A DNA stretch of 64,000 nt, taken from assembly GCA_963758415.1 (NCBI GenBank), contig CAVWVL010000003.1, positions 42,022 through 106,021 on the forward strand. Reading direction: 5' to 3'. Positions 1 through 10,829 of this stretch are shown piece by piece (the stretch's first letter is position 1; each line of letters opens with the position of its first letter). A model generated the notes under the pieces. The model was not told the origin of the DNA and did not search any database. It saw only the letters and a list, made by a program, of their open reading frames with translations. Both the position numbers and the translations under genes were made by a program. The DNA is from an uncultured Alphaproteobacteria bacterium (lineage in GTDB: Bacteria; Pseudomonadota; Alphaproteobacteria; Acetobacterales; Acetobacteraceae).

Positions 1-739
1 GGCTATTTCCGGCGCAACCACCTGGTGCCGGTACCCAGTGTCGCCGACCTCGACGCGTTGAACGCGCTGTTGCTGACGGGGTGCCGCGCCGACGAGGCGC
101 GGGTGCTGGACGGGCGCTCCGAGACGATCGGCACCGCGATGGCCGAGGAGCGCGGGCATCTGCTGTCGGGCGCAACGGAAGGCTTCGACGGGGACGGCTT
201 TGCCGTCCTTGCCTCCGGCGGATCGCTGCGCGATGGCGGAGGTGGTGTTCCCGCTTGTCGACAAGCAAGGCTGCATTACGGTGAAGACCAATTTCTATTC
301 AGTGCCGTCCCGCACGGGCAGCCGGGTGGAAGCGCGTATTCATCCGCTGCACGTCGAGGTCTGGCACGCTGGCCACCTGATTGCCCGCCACGAACGCTGC
401 CATAGCCGCCGTCAGCATGTGCTTGATCTCGAGCATTACCTTGATGTGCCGAGCCAAAAACCGGGTGCGCTCGCCGGATCGAAACCACTGGCGCAATGGC
501 GCGAGGCCGGTCGCTGGCCCGCCTGCTACGATGAGTTGTGGGATCGGTTGAAACAGCGGCATGGCAAGCAGAATGGCACCCGCGCCATGGTTGCGGTGCT
601 GGCGTTGGGGCGGGAATTCAGCCGGGACCGGCTGCGCGCGGCGGTTGCCTCCGCGGTGTCGCACGGGGCCTGTGACGTGGCCGCGGTGCGCTACATGCTG
701 ACCGAGGCGCGACTGCACAAAGCCCGGCCGATAGCGGTC
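1..739 (+). pseudogene. istA: IS21-family transposase IstA fragment (partial at window edge, interrupted and truncated)
   Basis: IstA-like text PVPSVADLDALNALL...HLL in the 25..405 frame continues as AEVVFPLVDKQGCITVKTNFYSVP...HVLDLEHYLDV..KPGALAGS in the 200..904 frame. About 43 nt of non-IstA-like sequence at 190-232 shifts the frame. No istB follows. Confidence 0.75.
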
Positions 740-918
740 GACTACGTTCGCATAGAGCCTCTGCCCAACGCCGAAACCGCGCTCGCCGCCATCGCGGACT
801 GGATGAACGACTACAACGAAGGCCATCCGCACAGCGGGCTCGCATACCGCTCACCAAGGGAATACATCAGAGACCAATCGCAACCCGCCGCGTGTCCGGT
901 TTAGCGGGGTCAACTCCA
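740..918 (+). mobile_element. IS3-family transposase C-terminal fragment plus right terminal inverted repeat
   Basis: DYVRIEPLPNAETALAAIADWMNDYNEGHPHSGLAYRSPREYI is a typical IS3-family integrase C-terminus. It is followed by TGTCCGGTTTAGCGGGGTCAACTCCA (893-918), ending in CA as IS3 ends do. Confidence 0.75.
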
Positions 919-1350
919 CGCCGCCCTTGCGCCGCACCCGCTTGTTACCGCGGGTTCGCTCAGATGGTCTTTGGCGCTCCGAATGATCCGTGCCGTGCGC
1001 TACACCCGTCGCTCGGGACATCGCGGCGGTTCCACCGTAACCGGCGGCAGCGGCCACGAACAACCGAGCGGCCGGCCAGCCGGTGTCTCGGTAAACTCGT
1101 CGGCGAGTGATATGCCGAAACTGCCCGCAACGGTCGGGGTGGTTGCCTTCCTTGGTCCTACGGTTCGCCGCAATCTGGCCCTTAGCTATCAAACCACACT
1201 CAGGCGGGCCACACTCGGGCGGGCGCCCGGCGGACTCGACCGCATGCGGCCTGACACACCGGCCATACGGGAATTCGGACTGCTCCAGCCCGACGTGGCG
1301 GCGCGGTTCACAGTGCGGCCGCGGTCAGGATTAGCAGGAAATATCCACCG

Positions 1351-1365
1351 TTAACGTGCTGTTCA
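1351..1365 (+). promoter_or_regulatory. Putative CtrA-binding box upstream of the chemosensory operon
   Basis: TTAA-cgtgctg-TTCA, one mismatch from TTAA-N7-TTAA, about 80 nt upstream of the MCP start. Confidence 0.35.
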
Positions 1366-1446
1366 TCCTTCCCAGGCAGGTTCGTGACTTCACGCCAGCG
1401 AGTGGCGGCTGGACGCGCACTCGGGCGGCAACGAAGGGGATTACTT

Positions 1447-3381
1447 ATGGCTCTCGTGAAGCGGAACCAGATCAGTGGTCACGTCGTGGAGAAGACGGCC
1501 GAGGTGGTCGACCTACCTGGCAGCGCCGGCACCAAACTGGTCGCTGACGCCCAGAAGCGCAAAGCGCGGACGTTCGCTCGGCAGCAGAAAGCCTCCGAGC
1601 GGATCGCGACCGCCACCTCGCAACTGTCCAGCGGGATCGCGGAGTCGGCCTCGGCGGCCGAGGAACTCCGCAAGGCATCCGAGCAGATCGCCCAGGGCGC
1701 CGAGGAGGCAGCAGGTGCTGCACAAGAATCGCAGAAGGCGGTGGTCCACGGCGCCGGCCTGATCCTCCAGGCCACGAGCACCGCCAACCTCTCCGCCACC
1801 AAGAGCGAGGCGCTGCAGGTCATGCTGCAGAACATCTCCGGTCAGATCGCCAATTCAATCGCCGCCATCGGACGTACCGCCGACCGCCAGGAAGGCTCGG
1901 TGAAGAAGGTCGAGGAACTAGAGCGACAGGCAGCCGCCATCTCGGAGGTCGTCAAGGCGGTGGCGCGAATCGCCGATCAGACCAACCTGCTGGCACTCAA
2001 CGCGGCCATCGAGGCGGCACGTGCCGGACAGCACGGCAAGGGCTTTGCCGTGGTCGCCGACGAGGTCCGCACGCTGGCTGAAACCAGCGAAAAGAGCGCA
2101 CGTGAGATCCAGGACCTGATCGCCCAGATCCAGAAGGACGTGAAGGTGATCGCCGAGGGAATCAATGCCTCTGCCGCCGCCGCCAAACAGGAGGTCGAGA
2201 AAGGCAAGGTCATCACCGCGCAGCTGGAGCAGACGCGCACCGACGTGATCGAAATCGCCAATGGTGGTCGCGAGATCGCCAAGGCATCGGAGGAATCTGC
2301 CACCGCCGTCAAAGAGGTGCAGAAGGGTGCCGAGCTGATCGCCGCCGCCGCCGAGGAGCAGAGCGCAGCCTGCCAGGAATCGCTGAAAACCATCGACCAG
2401 CAGACCCAGGCGCTGACCCTGTCCGAGCAGACCGCGCAGGAACTGTCGGAGCTGGCCGACGAACTGAAGAATTCCAGCAATATCTCCAAAAGCAGCGAGG
2501 AAGTCGCCGCGGCGGCCGAGAAACTCTCTTCGGCGGTGGAAGAAATCAACCGGGCCGCCGCGCAGATTATGACGGCGCTCGATCAGATCCAGAAGGGCGC
2601 TCAGCAGCAGGGCGCCGCCACCCAGGAGGCCTCGGCCGCTATCGCCGAAATCGAACGGGCCGGCCAGTTGTCGCAAACCAACGCGAAGTCCGCGGTGGAA
2701 AAGAGCGGAGCCATCTTCGAACTGATGACAGCCAACAAGAAGGCGGTTGACGAACTGATCGCCGGTGTCATGCAGTCGGTCGAGGAGGGAAAGAAAAGCC
2801 GCGAGCAGATGACCGCTCTCGAACAGGTCAGCCGGCGCATCGACAAGATCGTTGACGCCATCACGACAGTCTCGATCCAGACCAACATGCTGGCGGTCAA
2901 CGGCTCGGTCGAGGCGGCACGCGCCGGTGAGTTCGGCAAGGGCTTCGCCGTGGTGTCGACCGATATCCGCAACCTGGCCCGGGATTCGGCCGAGAACGCC
3001 GACCGCATCAAGGACACCATCAAAGCCATTCAGGATCAGATCGGTCAGGTTCGCCGGGATCTGGAGGACATCGGCAACGCCGCCGCTGCGGAGGTCGAGA
3101 AGAACAAGGTCATCAGCACGGATCTGGAAACCGCGGTGAAGGAAGTGACGGCGGTGTTGCAGGGCAACAAGGAAATCCTTGATGGTGCCGAGGAGATCCT
3201 CCGCATGGACAAGGAGGTGCAGACCGGCGTTGAGCAGATCGCCGCCGCCGCCCAGGAGACCACCCGCGCGACCGGCGAGGCGGGCGTCGCCGCCAAGCAG
3301 CAGTCCAAGGGAGCCGAGGAGCTTGCCGCGGCGATCGAGGAGATCGCATCGCTGGCGGACGAGTTGCAGGCCGCCGACTGA
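1447..3381 (+). CDS. Soluble methyl-accepting chemotaxis protein with two signalling domains (DosM-like)
   Basis: Two hairpin-tip motifs, [34 protein letters not shown] and [34 protein letters not shown]; no transmembrane segment; ATG 1447 follows the RBS-like AAGGGGA. Confidence 0.92.
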   Translation: MALVKRNQISGHVVEKTAEVVDLPGSAGTKLVADAQKRKARTFARQQKASERIATATSQLSSGIAESASAAEELRKASEQIAQGAEEAAGAAQESQKAVVHGAGLILQATSTANLSATKSEALQVMLQNISGQIANSIAAIGRTADRQEGSVKKVEELERQAAAISEVVKAVARIADQTNLLALNAAIEAARAGQHGKGFAVVADEVRTLAETSEKSAREIQDLIAQIQKDVKVIAEGINASAAAAKQEVEKGKVITAQLEQTRTDVIEIANGGREIAKASEESATAVKEVQKGAELIAAAAEEQSAACQESLKTIDQQTQALTLSEQTAQELSELADELKNSSNISKSSEEVAAAAEKLSSAVEEINRAAAQIMTALDQIQKGAQQQGAATQEASAAIAEIERAGQLSQTNAKSAVEKSGAIFELMTANKKAVDELIAGVMQSVEEGKKSREQMTALEQVSRRIDKIVDAITTVSIQTNMLAVNGSVEAARAGEFGKGFAVVSTDIRNLARDSAENADRIKDTIKAIQDQIGQVRRDLEDIGNAAAAEVEKNKVISTDLETAVKEVTAVLQGNKEILDGAEEILRMDKEVQTGVEQIAAAAQETTRATGEAGVAAKQQSKGAEELAAAIEEIASLADELQAAD

Positions 3382-3523
3382 GGTTTCCGCAACCGCCCAC
3401 TTGCGTGGAGCATGGTCGCGCCGGGCGGGTCGTCCAAAGCGTGTGAATCATGCCCTCAAACAAAGAGTTAGACCATTTTCAGGCTGAACAGTCAGGCCGG
3501 GAATGGTCTCGAAAGGACCAACC

Positions 3524-5110
3524 ATGTCCGAAGTTGCGGAAGCGGTCCGGGACCATGTCCGGTCCCCGCCGGAAGATGACACGGGCGTCGGCGATGCCCG
3601 CCAGTTCGTGATCTTCCATGTCGCCGACGAGATGTTCGCGGTTCCCCTGGCCGAGGTTCAGGAAATCATCCGCATGCCTGAGGTGGTGCATGTCCCCATG
3701 AGCCCCGCCGGCCTGGAGGGTCTGGCCAATCTGCGCGGGACCGTGCTGCCGGTCATTCGCCTGCGGCAGATCTTTGGCATGGAACTGGTTGAACATGACG
3801 ATTCCACCCGGGTCGTCATTCTCGACCAGGGCCGGCCCGTCGGGCTCGTGGTCGACCGGGTCGCCAATGTCGTTACTGTCGAGAATGATCGTATCGAAGC
3901 GGCCGACGCTATCCAGGGCACCGTCGACACCGACCTGATGACCGGCATGATCAAGGCCAGCGACGGCAAGTCCATGGTGATGATCCTGGATGCCGCCAAG
4001 GTGGTCGCACGCGAGTTCAAATCGGTCGGCAGGACGCAGCGGACCAAGAGCGCCGACAACGGGCATGACAGCCAGTCCGAAGACCACAAGGCGCACGTCG
4101 ATACCGAAGACGGCAGCGACGAAAGCCAGTTCGTCAGTTTCGAGGTCGCCGGACAGGAATATGCGCTACCGATCGAGCAGGTGCAGGAAATCGTCCAGAT
4201 CCCGGACGAGATCACCGAAGTGCCCAACACCCCGTCACACGTGCTGGGTGTAATGACGCTCAGAAACCGGCTGCTGCCGCTGGTTTCGCTCCGCGACATG
4301 TTCCGCCTGCCGCCGCGTGAGGTCACCGACACTAACAAGATCGTGGTGGTGTCGCTGGGGGACGCGACAGACGGCAGTTCGGTCGGCGTCATGATGGACA
4401 GCGTCAAGGAGGTTCTGCGCGTTGGCCGCTCCGTCATCGACCCGGTGCCCGCGTTGCTTTCCCGTGACGGCGGCCTCAGCGAAATCCAGTCGATCTGCCG
4501 CCTCAACGGAGGCAAGCGGCTGGTGTCGATCCTGTCGTCGGAGAAGATGTTCAACACCGGCGAGATGCGCGCCATCGTCGAGCACCATGAAGGGGAGGAT
4601 GCGGCGATGGGCGAGGCAGCCACCGGGACGCAGTCCGACGACGTTATCGACGATGAGCAGCAGTTCGTCGTCTTCCGCCTGATGAACGAGGAGTACGGCG
4701 TTCCGATCTCGTCGGTGCAGGAGATCGTCCGGGTTCCCGAGGAACTGACCCGCGTGCCCAAGACCCCGGATTTTGTCGAAGGGGTCGTCAACCTGCGGGG
4801 TGTTGTGCTGCCGGTGGTCGACCAGCGCCGCCGCTTCGGCCTGCCGTCGATGGAGCGCAACGACCGTCAGCGGATCATGGTCTACACCATCCGCGGGGTC
4901 CGCACCGGCTTCATCGTCGACCAGGTGCTGGAGGTGATGCGCATCCCGGCCTCGGTGATCGGGCCGTCCCCGACCTTGTCGGAGGAGCAGCAGCGGCTGA
5001 TCCGCCGGGTCGCCAACATCGAAAAGCAGAAGCGCATGATCCTGCTGCTCGACATCGATCAGTTACTCAACACCAAGGAACTGAGCGCGGTCGGAAAAGC
5101 CGCGAAATGA
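3524..5110 (+). CDS. cheW: CheW with three tandem CheW domains
   Basis: Three repeats of (Q)FVxF....EYxxP...VQEI.R.P.....VP..P..V.G..(N/T)LR; RBS AAAGGA before ATG 3524. Confidence 0.92.
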   Translation: MSEVAEAVRDHVRSPPEDDTGVGDARQFVIFHVADEMFAVPLAEVQEIIRMPEVVHVPMSPAGLEGLANLRGTVLPVIRLRQIFGMELVEHDDSTRVVILDQGRPVGLVVDRVANVVTVENDRIEAADAIQGTVDTDLMTGMIKASDGKSMVMILDAAKVVAREFKSVGRTQRTKSADNGHDSQSEDHKAHVDTEDGSDESQFVSFEVAGQEYALPIEQVQEIVQIPDEITEVPNTPSHVLGVMTLRNRLLPLVSLRDMFRLPPREVTDTNKIVVVSLGDATDGSSVGVMMDSVKEVLRVGRSVIDPVPALLSRDGGLSEIQSICRLNGGKRLVSILSSEKMFNTGEMRAIVEHHEGEDAAMGEAATGTQSDDVIDDEQQFVVFRLMNEEYGVPISSVQEIVRVPEELTRVPKTPDFVEGVVNLRGVVLPVVDQRRRFGLPSMERNDRQRIMVYTIRGVRTGFIVDQVLEVMRIPASVIGPSPTLSEEQQRLIRRVANIEKQKRMILLLDIDQLLNTKELSAVGKAAK

Positions 5111-5162
5111 CGAATGCCGCGCCGCGCGCGTTCACCCTGATTTGCTCGGGAGCGCCACCGCC

Positions 5163-6287
5163 ATGCCCAAAGCGTTGATTGTTGAAGATTCGGCGCTGAT
5201 GCGTCGTCATCTGAAGCAGATCCTCGAGGAAAAGGGCGGCTACGAGGTCATGGCGGTGCGCAACGGCATCGATGCCCTGGAGGCGCTGCGCTCGTTCGAT
5301 CCCGACGTCATCACCCTGGACGTCAACATGCCCGAAATGGACGGGCTGACCTGTCTGTCGCGTATCATGGCGGAGCGGCCGAAGCCGGTGGTGATGGTCT
5401 CCTCCCTCACCGAGCGTGGTGCCGAAGTCACATTCGAAGCCCTCGCGCTCGGCGCGGTCGATTTTATCCATAAGCCTGACGGCACCATTTCGCTGAACGT
5501 GCAGCAGGTGGAGGGAGAACTGCTCGCAAAGGTCCACGCGGCCTGCCGAGCGCGGCCGCGGAGCACGGTCGGACTTCGGCAGCGGCTGCACAGCCAGACA
5601 GGTGATGGCCGGGAGCGGCGTTCCGGGGTGGATGGTGCATCCGGGTCCTCTCCACGACCTTTTCGAGACGGCTTCGGTGCCGTGATCATTGGCGTGTCTA
5701 CTGGCGGCCCGGGAACCTTGGAGGAAGTCCTGCCTGGGATCCCGGCTAACTTTCCCTGGCCTGTCGTGGTGGCGCAGCACATGCCGGCCAGCTTCACCAC
5801 CGTGTTCGCGCGCCGCCTCGCCGAACTGTGCCGCGTTCCGGTGATCGAGGCCGCGCATTTGATGCCGCTGAAGCCCGGCGTCATCTACATCGCCAAGGGT
5901 GATGCCGATGTGCTTATCAGCAAGCGTGCCACGGGCTGGATGGTGAGCCCGGTGCCCGCGGCCGACCAGTACCTCTGGCACCCCAGTGTCGCCCGCCTGG
6001 TCGAAAGCGCGATGCAGGCCATCCCTCCGGACCACCTCGTCGGTGTCCTGCTCACCGGCATGGGGGACGATGGCGCCAATGCCATGTGCGAACTGAAGCG
6101 GCGGGGCGGCCGCACCATCGCGCAAGACGAGGCAACCTCGGTGATCTGGGGCATGCCTGGGGAATTGTTCAAGCGTGGCGGCGCCAACCTCATGCTGTCC
6201 GCCAATCGCATCGCCACCCAACTCGATGTCTGGCTGACGCCGCATTCTCCGATCCGGGAGGCACACGGTGGCGCTGGTAAAATCTAG
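5163..6287 (+). CDS. cheB: Chemotaxis methylesterase CheB (REC + methylesterase)
   Basis: REC domain (LIVEDS, TLDVNMP, FIHKP) plus GVSTGGP, QHMP and LTGMGDDGA catalytic motifs. Confidence 0.95.
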   Translation: MPKALIVEDSALMRRHLKQILEEKGGYEVMAVRNGIDALEALRSFDPDVITLDVNMPEMDGLTCLSRIMAERPKPVVMVSSLTERGAEVTFEALALGAVDFIHKPDGTISLNVQQVEGELLAKVHAACRARPRSTVGLRQRLHSQTGDGRERRSGVDGASGSSPRPFRDGFGAVIIGVSTGGPGTLEEVLPGIPANFPWPVVVAQHMPASFTTVFARRLAELCRVPVIEAAHLMPLKPGVIYIAKGDADVLISKRATGWMVSPVPAADQYLWHPSVARLVESAMQAIPPDHLVGVLLTGMGDDGANAMCELKRRGGRTIAQDEATSVIWGMPGELFKRGGANLMLSANRIATQLDVWLTPHSPIREAHGGAGKI

Positions 6288-6888
6288 CCGGGACGGCGCA
6301 TCGCCTCCACCGCAAGCTGAAACGCCCGATCTGGCGACATTGCTGGCCGATCTGGCGGCGGAGCAATCGGCGGTGCGTCGTGCCGCGGTCCGCGCTCTGG
6401 CGGATTATCCGGAAGCGGCGCTCGATCTCTGCGACCGGCTCGGAGCGGAGGCCAGCCCCAGCGTTCGCGCGGTGCTCTTCTCCACCCTCATCCGCCTGAA
6501 GTCACCCGACGTGGCGGCGCGCCTGACCGAACTGCTGCGCAGCCAGGACGTGCCGCTGCGCAACGCCGCGATCGAGGCGCTGCAGGAGATGCCCGATGCC
6601 GTCGCGCCTCATTTCGAGCAATTACTGGCCGACGAGGACAGCGACGTGCGCATTTTCACCGTCAATATTCTGGCGGCACTGCGCCACCCCAGGGCATCCG
6701 AATGGCTCATCGATGTGATGCGCAGCGATCCGCATATCAACGTCTGTGCCGCGGCGGTGGACGGATTGACCGAGGTCGGTGGCCTGGAGGCGCTGCCTGA
6801 TCTGGAGGACCTGCGCGACCGGTTCGCCGGCAATGCTTTCATGGAGTTTGCCATTGATACCGCCATGCGTCGTGTCCGCGGCGAATGA
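6268..6888 (+). CDS. HEAT-repeat protein of the chemosensory operon
   Basis: Repeats such as VRRAAVRAL, LRNAAIEAL, VRIFTVNIL, VCAAAVDGL; lies between cheB and cheR. Confidence 0.85.
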   Translation: MALVKSSRDGASPPPQAETPDLATLLADLAAEQSAVRRAAVRALADYPEAALDLCDRLGAEASPSVRAVLFSTLIRLKSPDVAARLTELLRSQDVPLRNAAIEALQEMPDAVAPHFEQLLADEDSDVRIFTVNILAALRHPRASEWLIDVMRSDPHINVCAAAVDGLTEVGGLEALPDLEDLRDRFAGNAFMEFAIDTAMRRVRGE

Positions 6889-7763
6889 CCGTGGGCTCAT
6901 CCGCCACACCCGCGTCGCCGGACCTGGGCGTCATGACGCACGAGGAGTTCGCGAAGTTCGTGGAATACTTCTACCGGAAGACAGGAATCCAGTTTCAGGA
7001 CAGCAAGAAATACTACGTCGAGCGGCGCATCGCCGACCGTGTCAAACAGACCCGGTCAAAAACGTTTCGGGACTATTTCACCCTGGTTCGCTTTCAGGCA
7101 TCGGGGGAGGAATTGCAGCTTCTAGTCAACTCGATGACCGTGAACGAGACCTACTTTCTGCGGGAGGACTATCAGTTCGACGCCCTGGTCAACGGAATTC
7201 TGCCCGAGATTGCCCGCACCAAGGATCGCGCCAGTCCGATCCGGATCTGGTCCATTCCGTGCTCGTCTGGCGAAGAGCCTTACTCGATCGCCATCAGCAT
7301 CCTTGAGCGGTGGGGTCAGGCCGATACCTGGAATATCGAAATCCAAGGCTCCGACATCGATTCTAAGATCCTTCAGGAAGCGCGAGTTGGCCTGTTCAGC
7401 GCGCGATCCATTTCCCGGGTGCCCACAAACCTGAGGTCGAAATATTTCGTTCCGCGCCCCGACGGCAGTCTGCAGATCAGCGATGACCTTCGGGGTTCGA
7501 TCGATTTCTCGTTGATCAACGTCGTCGACCCCCTGCAGACGCAACGCTTTCGCAACATCGATGTGATCTTCTGTCGCAACCTGCTGATCTATTTCGATGA
7601 CAGCGGCCGGCGACAGACCGTCGAGATGCTGTTCGAGGCCCTGGCTCCAGGTGGTTTCATCTGTCTGGGACATTCCGAAAGCATGAGCCGAATGTCCTCG
7701 GCTTTTCTGCCGCGGAAATTTCAGGACACCATCGTCTACCAAAAGCCCCGGTCCGCGGAGTGA
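6885..7763 (+). CDS. cheR: Chemotaxis methyltransferase CheR
   Basis: TVNETYFLRE, RIWSIPCSSGEEPYSIA, GSDID, DVIFCRNLLIYFD, LGHSES. Confidence 0.95.
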   Translation: MTVGSSATPASPDLGVMTHEEFAKFVEYFYRKTGIQFQDSKKYYVERRIADRVKQTRSKTFRDYFTLVRFQASGEELQLLVNSMTVNETYFLREDYQFDALVNGILPEIARTKDRASPIRIWSIPCSSGEEPYSIAISILERWGQADTWNIEIQGSDIDSKILQEARVGLFSARSISRVPTNLRSKYFVPRPDGSLQISDDLRGSIDFSLINVVDPLQTQRFRNIDVIFCRNLLIYFDDSGRRQTVEMLFEALAPGGFICLGHSESMSRMSSAFLPRKFQDTIVYQKPRSAE

Positions 7764-7767
7764 CCTC

Positions 7768-8190
7768 ATGAGCGAAACAAAAAGCCAGGGACGGGGCGGC
7801 GAAGCAGACAAAAATCGGCCGCGCATCCTGGTCGTCGACGACAGCATCACCATGCGCCTGTTCTACCGATCGGTGCTTGAGGCGGCCGGGTTCGAGATCG
7901 ACGAGGCTGCCAACGGCCTGGAAGGGTACGAAAGGATCCTGACCCGAAATTTCGACCTCGTGATCGTCGACATCAACATGCCGAAGATGGACGGTTACAC
8001 ATTGATCAGGACGGTGCGCGGCGACGCCGCCGTGCGGACCATTCCCGCGGTCTTCGTCAGGACCGAGGCCGGCGAGAAGGACTCCGCCCTGGCCTACGAG
8101 GCCGGAGCAAACTTCTATCTGGTCAAACCAGTGGCTCCTGCCGAATTGGCCGAAGTTGCGCGCCTGATGACGGGCATGGCGGCCCCATGA
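7768..8190 (+). CDS. cheY: CheY-like single-domain response regulator
   Basis: ILVVDDS, IVDINMPKMDG, YLVKP. Confidence 0.88.
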   Translation: MSETKSQGRGGEADKNRPRILVVDDSITMRLFYRSVLEAAGFEIDEAANGLEGYERILTRNFDLVIVDINMPKMDGYTLIRTVRGDAAVRTIPAVFVRTEAGEKDSALAYEAGANFYLVKPVAPAELAEVARLMTGMAAP

Positions 8191-10826
8191 CCGACTCGCT
8201 GCTCGAAAGCTTTGTCGCCGAGGCTCGCGAACTGCTGCAAAGCTCCGCCGCGGCGCTGCTGGTGCTCGAGAAGCACCAGGGCGATGAGGCCGCGATCAAC
8301 GAAGTCTTCCGCTCGGTCCACACCCTGAAGGGGTCGGTGGGCCTGTTCGATTTTCCCGCCTTCACCAAACTGGTCCATGCCGGCGAGGACGTGCTCAGCG
8401 CGGTCCGCGAGGGAGCCCTCGAGCTGTCATCGGCACTGGTCGACACCCTGCTCGATACGCTTGACCAGGTCAGCGCCTGGGTCGACGACATCGCGAACAA
8501 CGCTGCCCTGGCAGCCGGCGCCGATGGTGTCTCCAAGGATATGACCGCAAGGTTGCGTGCTGTCCTGCCGGCCGACTACGGCGTTGTCCAGTCGACCAGG
8601 CCGGGCGCGACGGCCGCCGATTTGACCGCGGTTGACTGGCTGGCGGCGCTGCCCGAGGCGGACCGGCTGGCCGCCTTTACCGCGGCAATGGACGGGGCCG
8701 AAATCCTCGCCGTCGAGTACGCTCCCGGTCGAGACTGCTTTTTCAGCGGCGAGGACCCCTTTATCCTGTTCCGCCAGTTCGCTGGCCTGCACAGCCTCAC
8801 GATCGGGCCGACCGAGCCCTGGGGGGCGATCGACGCCTACGACCCGTATTGCTGCACGCTGTGCTTCCACGCGCTGGTGGCGGCATCGCGGGCTGAAGTC
8901 GAGGGTGTGTTCCGCTACGTCGTGGAACAGGTGCGGCTCGCCCCGGTGGCGCCGCAGGGATTGATTTCGGTCGCCGGTGACGGCACTGGCGCCCCGGACA
9001 ACACGGACTTCGTCGAGGCGGCGCGCGGCCTGATCACCGCCGCCGAGTGGCCCGCGTTCCGCCGCCTGGTCGATGCCCGTCGCCAGACCACGCCGCCTTC
9101 GCACCTGCTGGCGTCGGCCCTGGCTGGACTGGAAGCGGTGCTCACCGTCGCTTTTCCCGATCCGACATGGCTGGCCGCCCTCGTCGATTGCATCGAGAAG
9201 GGGGAGCCCGATCCGCATCCGCTACCGTTCCCGCCCGCCGAGCCCGCGCCACCCCCTGCGATTGCGGCAGCGCGACCCTCGCCGGTCGGCCGCCGTGCCG
9301 AGCAGGCAACCATCACCGCTCTGGGGGCGATCTCTCCCATGGCCGCGGGCATCCTGACCAGCCAGCGCGCTATCTTAAGCCCGCCGATGCCGCCCGACAG
9401 GCTGGCCGTGATCCTCGATTCGACAGCCCGAACGGTCGCCAACGTCCTTGCCGCGGAAGGCCGCCGAGGCACCGACACCATGGCATGGTCGGCGGCGGTC
9501 GATGCCGCCCGGACGCAGAACGATGCGGCCGCGGTGCTCGAAGTGCTGGACCGCTGGCTGATTGCGGACGAAGCCGTGGCACCCTCCCTGGAAGATGGGT
9601 CGCGGCAGGCCGTCCCGGAGACCGCCGCCAAGGAGGCAAAACAGGCCAACCGCGTGCTGAAGGTCGACCAGGCCAGGATCGACGCGTTGATGAACCTGAT
9701 CGGCGAACTCGTGGTGTCCAAGAACAGTCTGCCGTTCATGGCCCGGCGCGCCGAGCGCGTGCATGGCTCGCGCGAGATGGCTCGCGAGATCAAGGACATC
9801 CACGCGGTGATCGACCGGCTGGCGCAGGAGATGCAAAGCGCCATCATGGCGGTGCGCATGCTGCCGGTTTCCGACGTGTTCGATCGTTTTCCCCGGCTGG
9901 TTCGCGACGTCTCGCGCAAGCTGGGCAAGCAGATCGACCTGGTGATCGAGGGTGCCGACACCGCGGCCGACAAGAACATCATCGAGGCACTGAACGACCC
10001 GCTTCTGCATGTGGTGCGAAATGCGATCGATCATGGCATCGAACTGCCGGAAGACCGCGACGACGTCGGCAAGCCGACGCGCGCCACCGTCGTGTTGCGG
10101 GCGTTCCAGGAAAGCGACCAGGTGGTCATCGAGGTGGTCGACGACGGGCGCGGGATCGATCCGGAAATGATCAAGCGATCCGCCCTGTCCAAGGGTGTCA
10201 TCGACGACGAGCGGGCGGCGCGCCTGTCGGACCAGGAGGCGGTGAACCTGGTGTTCACGCCCGGTTTCTCGACCGTTTCAAAGATTTCCGATCTGTCGGG
10301 ACGCGGTGTCGGCATGGATGTCGTGGTCAACGGTGTGCAAAAGGCCGGCGGCGCCGTCACTATCACCTCCGTCAAGGATGTGGGCACCACGGTGCGGCTG
10401 TCGCTGCCGCTCAGTATGGCGGTCACGCGGGTGATGGTGGTCGAGGCCTGCGGCGGGATGCTGTTCGGCGTCCCGATGGATCAGATCGCCGCCACAGTCC
10501 GGGTGCACCGCAACGATGTTCAACACCTCAAGCAGTCACAGGCGTTCGTGTTGCGCGATGCCATCGTGCCCCTCATTCGCCTCGATCGGCTGCTGGGTGT
10601 CGAGCCCCCGGCCTGGTTCGGCGATGGCAACGAAGAAGACGCCGTTCTGGTGGTGCGTTCCGGCGGCAGCCCCGTCGGCCTCGTGGTCGACCAGTTCCAC
10701 GAGGGTATGGACATCATTTTGAAACCTTTCGACGGTATACTGGCAAATATTCGAGGTTACTCCGGTTCGGCGCTGCTGGGCGACGGACACGTGCTGCTGG
10801 TCCTCAACCTCAAGGAGCATCTGTGA
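8187..10826 (+). CDS. cheA: Chemotaxis histidine kinase CheA
   Basis: Hpt FRSVHTLKG; long insert; dimerisation LMNLIGELVV; HATPase LLHVVRNAIDHGIE, DDGRGID, GFST, GRGVGMDVV; C-terminal CheW domain. Confidence 0.95.
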   Translation: MTDSLLESFVAEARELLQSSAAALLVLEKHQGDEAAINEVFRSVHTLKGSVGLFDFPAFTKLVHAGEDVLSAVREGALELSSALVDTLLDTLDQVSAWVDDIANNAALAAGADGVSKDMTARLRAVLPADYGVVQSTRPGATAADLTAVDWLAALPEADRLAAFTAAMDGAEILAVEYAPGRDCFFSGEDPFILFRQFAGLHSLTIGPTEPWGAIDAYDPYCCTLCFHALVAASRAEVEGVFRYVVEQVRLAPVAPQGLISVAGDGTGAPDNTDFVEAARGLITAAEWPAFRRLVDARRQTTPPSHLLASALAGLEAVLTVAFPDPTWLAALVDCIEKGEPDPHPLPFPPAEPAPPPAIAAARPSPVGRRAEQATITALGAISPMAAGILTSQRAILSPPMPPDRLAVILDSTARTVANVLAAEGRRGTDTMAWSAAVDAARTQNDAAAVLEVLDRWLIADEAVAPSLEDGSRQAVPETAAKEAKQANRVLKVDQARIDALMNLIGELVVSKNSLPFMARRAERVHGSREMAREIKDIHAVIDRLAQEMQSAIMAVRMLPVSDVFDRFPRLVRDVSRKLGKQIDLVIEGADTAADKNIIEALNDPLLHVVRNAIDHGIELPEDRDDVGKPTRATVVLRAFQESDQVVIEVVDDGRGIDPEMIKRSALSKGVIDDERAARLSDQEAVNLVFTPGFSTVSKISDLSGRGVGMDVVVNGVQKAGGAVTITSVKDVGTTVRLSLPLSMAVTRVMVVEACGGMLFGVPMDQIAATVRVHRNDVQHLKQSQAFVLRDAIVPLIRLDRLLGVEPPAWFGDGNEEDAVLVVRSGGSPVGLVVDQFHEGMDIILKPFDGILANIRGYSGSALLGDGHVLLVLNLKEHL

Positions 10827-10829
10827 CTC

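Noticed and set aside
919-1350. ORFs 892..1110, 971..1354 and 851..1192 upstream of the MCP
   Set aside because: No recognisable domain or RBS; treated as intergenic.
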